Positions 61,168-64,000 of a stretch of 64,000 bases of DNA are shown piece after piece. Both the position numbers and the translations under genes were made by a program. This stretch comes from an uncultured virus (IMG/VR IMGVR_UViG_3300023371_004674) (Duplodnaviria; Heunggongvirae; Uroviricota; Caudoviricetes), in the IMG/VR virus record IMGVR_UViG_3300023371_004674, one strand, 5' to 3'. The number at the start of each line of letters is the position of its first letter. Position 1 is the first letter of the stretch. Under the pieces are notes generated by a model, which had not been told where the DNA came from, made no database searches, and saw nothing but the letters and a program-made list of their open reading frames with translations.

Positions 61168-61847
61168 ACGTCAACCTTTCTGAAAACGCACTCGAAAGCC
61201 TCTGCGTATTGAGAACCGCACTGTGCTCCACGGAGAACGGGCAAGGATCTCAACGCCTCCTCTGAACGAGGGTGAGGAACGGGACGGATGACATTCTCGT
61301 ACATACCGAGTGCGGCGATCTTTGCGTCAACCGCTTGGGAAGATACGGGAATGAACGTATTTGGCTGGAAAACCTTGATAGCGGGGTTTAACGCCCAATC
61401 GGTAGAGGATTGAACCTCCATAAGATAAAGTGCCTTGATGGGCTTGATTTGCTCTCTACCACGTTGCCACAGGCGGAATGCTTCCATACAGGTAGCCGCC
61501 GTCCAGTAATGGTCGGTGTTGATGTCTCCGGGGGATTGAGTGAAAATCGTGTCGGGCAAGAACTCCCTGATGACTGCTTCGATTTTCTGTACCATTTCTC
61601 TGTGGTCTGCGTTGTGGAAATTGCTGTCGAGATATTCGCACCCGTAATAGTGCTTGATGCCGAGGATCTTATGCGATTCGAGCAGATCTTTCACGATCTT
61701 GGTTCTGTCATCTTCGTACCGAGTGGTATCGCAGGTGTTGAGAACCATAACGCCGATTTCGTCTCCACGTTTTGCCGCATCATAGATAAATGCACCCGCT
61801 CCGAGAACCTCGTCGTCTGGGTGAGCTACTACAAAGAGATGTCTCAT
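61164..61847 (-). CDS. PIG-L/LmbE family deacetylase
   Basis: AHPDDEVLGAG, D.NTDH and YAEAF motifs. Confidence 0.9.
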   Translation of the reverse strand: MRHLFVVAHPDDEVLGAGAFIYDAAKRGDEIGVMVLNTCDTTRYEDDRTKIVKDLLESHKILGIKHYYGCEYLDSNFHNADHREMVQKIEAVIREFLPDTIFTQSPGDINTDHYWTAATCMEAFRLWQRGREQIKPIKALYLMEVQSSTDWALNPAIKVFQPNTFIPVSSQAVDAKIAALGMYENVIRPVPHPRSEEALRSLPVLRGAQCGSQYAEAFECVFRKVDV

Positions 61848-62821
61848 TACTTGACACCTCCCTTGAACACGCTTTCGATGAGGTGGAGAACATCGTCCTC
61901 GCTCATACGCTCCGCCTTATCCGAGGTGTAGGGTACGTTCAGCCCTGTGCCGATGGTCTTCTTTCCAACCACCATATACTCGCCTTTGAGGATTGCGTTG
62001 TCCGCCTCCTCCTCCGAGAGCAGAGCCTCGTGCATTTTCTCTCCCTTTCTCGCCCCGATGATCTCTACGGGGTAGTCCTTCGGGAGATTGAGGTATCTGC
62101 ACACGGCGTTTGCGAGGTCGCCCGTTGTGCAGGCCTTGGACTGTTTTACGAGCAGGTCGCCGTTCCGTCCCACGATGAATGCTTTCTCGACCAAATCGGT
62201 GGCTTCATCGACGGTCATCATAAAGCGTGTCATATCGGGATCGGTAATGGTAATCGGGAGTCCGTTCTGTACCTGCTCTATAAAGAGCGGTACAGCACTG
62301 CCTCTCGATGCTACGAGGTTTCCGAATCTCGTAACGCAGATCTCTGTGCGGTTTTGGTCTGCCGCCCTTTGCAGAGCGAGCTTTTCCATATATGCTTTCG
62401 TCATACCCATAGCGGACGTGGGGTAAACTGCCTTGTCGGTTGATAAACAGACAATCTTCTTTACCTTCTTCTGAACCGCCGAGGTTATGACGTTGTTGCT
62501 TCCTTCGATGTTCGTTCTTACAGCTTCCATAGGGAATGCTTCGCAAGAGGGGACTTGCTTCATAGCGGCGGCGTGGAATACGTAATCAACGCCGTACATC
62601 GCCACGTCTATCGAATGCTTATCCCTGACATCTCCGAGATAGAATTTGATGTTATCGTACTGACGGTAACGCTGTGCCATATCGTACTGCTTTTTCTCGT
62701 CTCGGCTGAAGATGCGAACCTCCGCCGCACCCTGTTCCAAGCATTTGTCGAGAAAGGCGTTGCCGAACGTGCCTGTTCCGCCGGTGATGAGGATAACCGA
62801 GTTTGCAATTCCTACGCTCAT
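61847..62821 (-). CDS. UDP-sugar 4,6-dehydratase (CapD/FnlA-type SDR)
   Basis: ITGGTGTFG, SRDEKKQ, HAAAMKQVPSCE, LSTDKAVYP, TRFGNL.ASRGS and GEKMHE motifs. Confidence 0.93.
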   Translation of the reverse strand: MSVGIANSVILITGGTGTFGNAFLDKCLEQGAAEVRIFSRDEKKQYDMAQRYRQYDNIKFYLGDVRDKHSIDVAMYGVDYVFHAAAMKQVPSCEAFPMEAVRTNIEGSNNVITSAVQKKVKKIVCLSTDKAVYPTSAMGMTKAYMEKLALQRAADQNRTEICVTRFGNLVASRGSAVPLFIEQVQNGLPITITDPDMTRFMMTVDEATDLVEKAFIVGRNGDLLVKQSKACTTGDLANAVCRYLNLPKDYPVEIIGARKGEKMHEALLSEEEADNAILKGEYMVVGKKTIGTGLNVPYTSDKAERMSEDDVLHLIESVFKGGVK

Positions 62822-64000
62822 ACTTCTCTCACCGCCTTTACAATAGCATCAACGATGTATCTCTGCTGTTCCTCTGTCAGCTCCGTGTGATAGGGGATAG
62901 TGAGCAGATTCTTGAACATCTCGTATGCGTTCGGATAATCGGCGATGTCGAAGCCGATCTCCTTATATGCGGTCATCATCGGGAGGGGCTTGTAATGGAC
63001 GTTGCAAGGAACGCCAACCTCTCTCAATGCGTGATATACCTTATCCCTGCCGCTTTCCGCTCCTTCCGGGAGGTTGAGGCGTACAGGGTACAAGTGCATA
63101 GCGGATTGATAATCCTCTCCGAAATGCTTGATGAGGGGAGTGGCTTCTGCGACATTGGCGAACAGAGCATCGAAGCGTTCCGTAACTTCTCTGCGTTTGC
63201 TCTCGATCTCATCAAGCCTGTCAAGCTGAGCTACGCCCATCGCCGCATCAATGTTCGTCATAATGCTGTTATAACCGAACAGGGCGATGTCGTATTCCCA
63301 ACCCTTGCTTTTATCCCTCGATGTCTGCCCGTGATCTCCGAGCAGGCGGAGGGTTTCTTCCATCTTCTCATTATCGAAATGAGGGAAGTCCTTCCAAACG
63401 AGAGCACCGCCCTCTCCGCCCGTCGTGATGTTTTTCAGCACGTGGAACGAGAAGCAGGTGAAGTCCGCCCATTCTCCGCTCTTGGCGTTGTAGGACGAAG
63501 CACCAAAACTGTGAGCTGCATCGGCAACCACGGCGACTCTGCCGATTGCTTTTTGCAGCTCATTTGAGGGTGTGAATATATCTCGTTTGGAGGCTACGGC
63601 GGACAGGAGACTATAATAATCACACAGCTTACCGCCAATGTCAACGGGCATAACCGCCTTGGTTTTCTCCGTGATCGCCGCCGCAACCTTTTCGTAATCC
63701 ATCTCGAACGTCTTGCCGTCGAGGTCCACAAATACGATTGTTGCACCTACATTGCGGATGACCTCCGCTGTGGCTGAGTAGGTATAAGGTGTCGTAATCA
63801 CCTCATCGCCGGGACCGATACCGAGAACACGGAGAGCCATTTCCATTGCCGCCGTGCAACTGTCGAATGCAACCGCTCTGCTTGCGTTGCAGATCTTGGC
63901 GATTTTCTGTTCAAACTCACGGACTATGGGACCGTTCGTGAGCCATCTTGTCTCGGCAGCCTTGCCGATGTTATCTACTTCCGCTTTGGTAATGTCGGGA
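62818..64000 (-). CDS. DegT/DnrJ/EryC1/StrS sugar aminotransferase (5' end outside the window)
   Basis: DAAHSFG and FSFHVLKNITTGGEGG PLP motifs; frame stays open to the window edge. Confidence 0.93.
   Translation of the reverse strand, partial: PDITKAEVDNIGKAAETRWLTNGPIVREFEQKIAKICNASRAVAFDSCTAAMEMALRVLGIGPGDEVITTPYTYSATAEVIRNVGATIVFVDLDGKTFEMDYEKVAAAITEKTKAVMPVDIGGKLCDYYSLLSAVASKRDIFTPSNELQKAIGRVAVVADAAHSFGASSYNAKSGEWADFTCFSFHVLKNITTGGEGGALVWKDFPHFDNEKMEETLRLLGDHGQTSRDKSKGWEYDIALFGYNSIMTNIDAAMGVAQLDRLDEIESKRREVTERFDALFANVAEATPLIKHFGEDYQSAMHLYPVRLNLPEGAESGRDKVYHALREVGVPCNVHYKPLPMMTAYKEIGFDIADYPNAYEMFKNLLTIPYHTELTEEQQRYIVDAIVKAVREV

Larger units (their letters stand above)
1..64000 (-). mobile_element. 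Tailed phage/prophage segment (contractile tail); both ends lie outside the window
   Basis: Ordered terminase-portal-head-neck-sheath-tube-tape measure-baseplate-holin module plus many small co-oriented ORFs; no housekeeping genes. Confidence 0.97.

Noticed and set aside
59654..64000. Host capsule/O-antigen locus marking a prophage boundary
   Set aside because: The genes are coupled and co-oriented with the packaging module and lack transport or polymerase genes. This is not fully excluded, because the cluster continues beyond the window.
1..64000. tRNA/rRNA genes, integrase, att sites, transposases
   Set aside because: None recognised by eye; a tRNAscan or HMM run would be needed to exclude divergent cases.

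Overview
The whole window is phage or prophage DNA, most likely a large contractile-tailed (myovirus-like) phage of a Bacillota-type host. No host genes and no integrase are visible, and essentially every gene is on the minus strand. In transcription order (64000 to 1) it contains: (1) a sugar-nucleotide/glycosyltransferase cluster (DegT aminotransferase, CapD/FnlA-type dehydratase, PIG-L deacetylase, WbqC-like protein, GREB1/TAGT-like glycosyltransferase) interrupted by a NUMOD4-HNH nuclease; (2) terminase subunits, the large one with a 5-nt disruption near its N-terminus; (3) a 1137-aa portal polyprotein carrying NUDIX, JAB-like and toxin-like domains, followed by a small partner gene; (4) head, neck, sheath, tube, chaperone (-1 frameshift), tape measure and baseplate genes; (5) a complete diversity-generating retroelement (target-VR, avd, TR, RT); (6) holin-like genes; (7) a repeat-rich putative origin; (8) about 27 kb of small early/accessory genes under repeated sigma70-like promoters. 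The accessory region includes dUTPase, an HD hydrolase, two DNA methyltransferases, a MazF-like protein, an antisense sRNA locus and a second DGR target 22 kb from the TR. The TR/VR alignments, promoters, hairpins and repeats were read directly from the sequence. Protein family calls come from motif recognition and gene order, with no database search.
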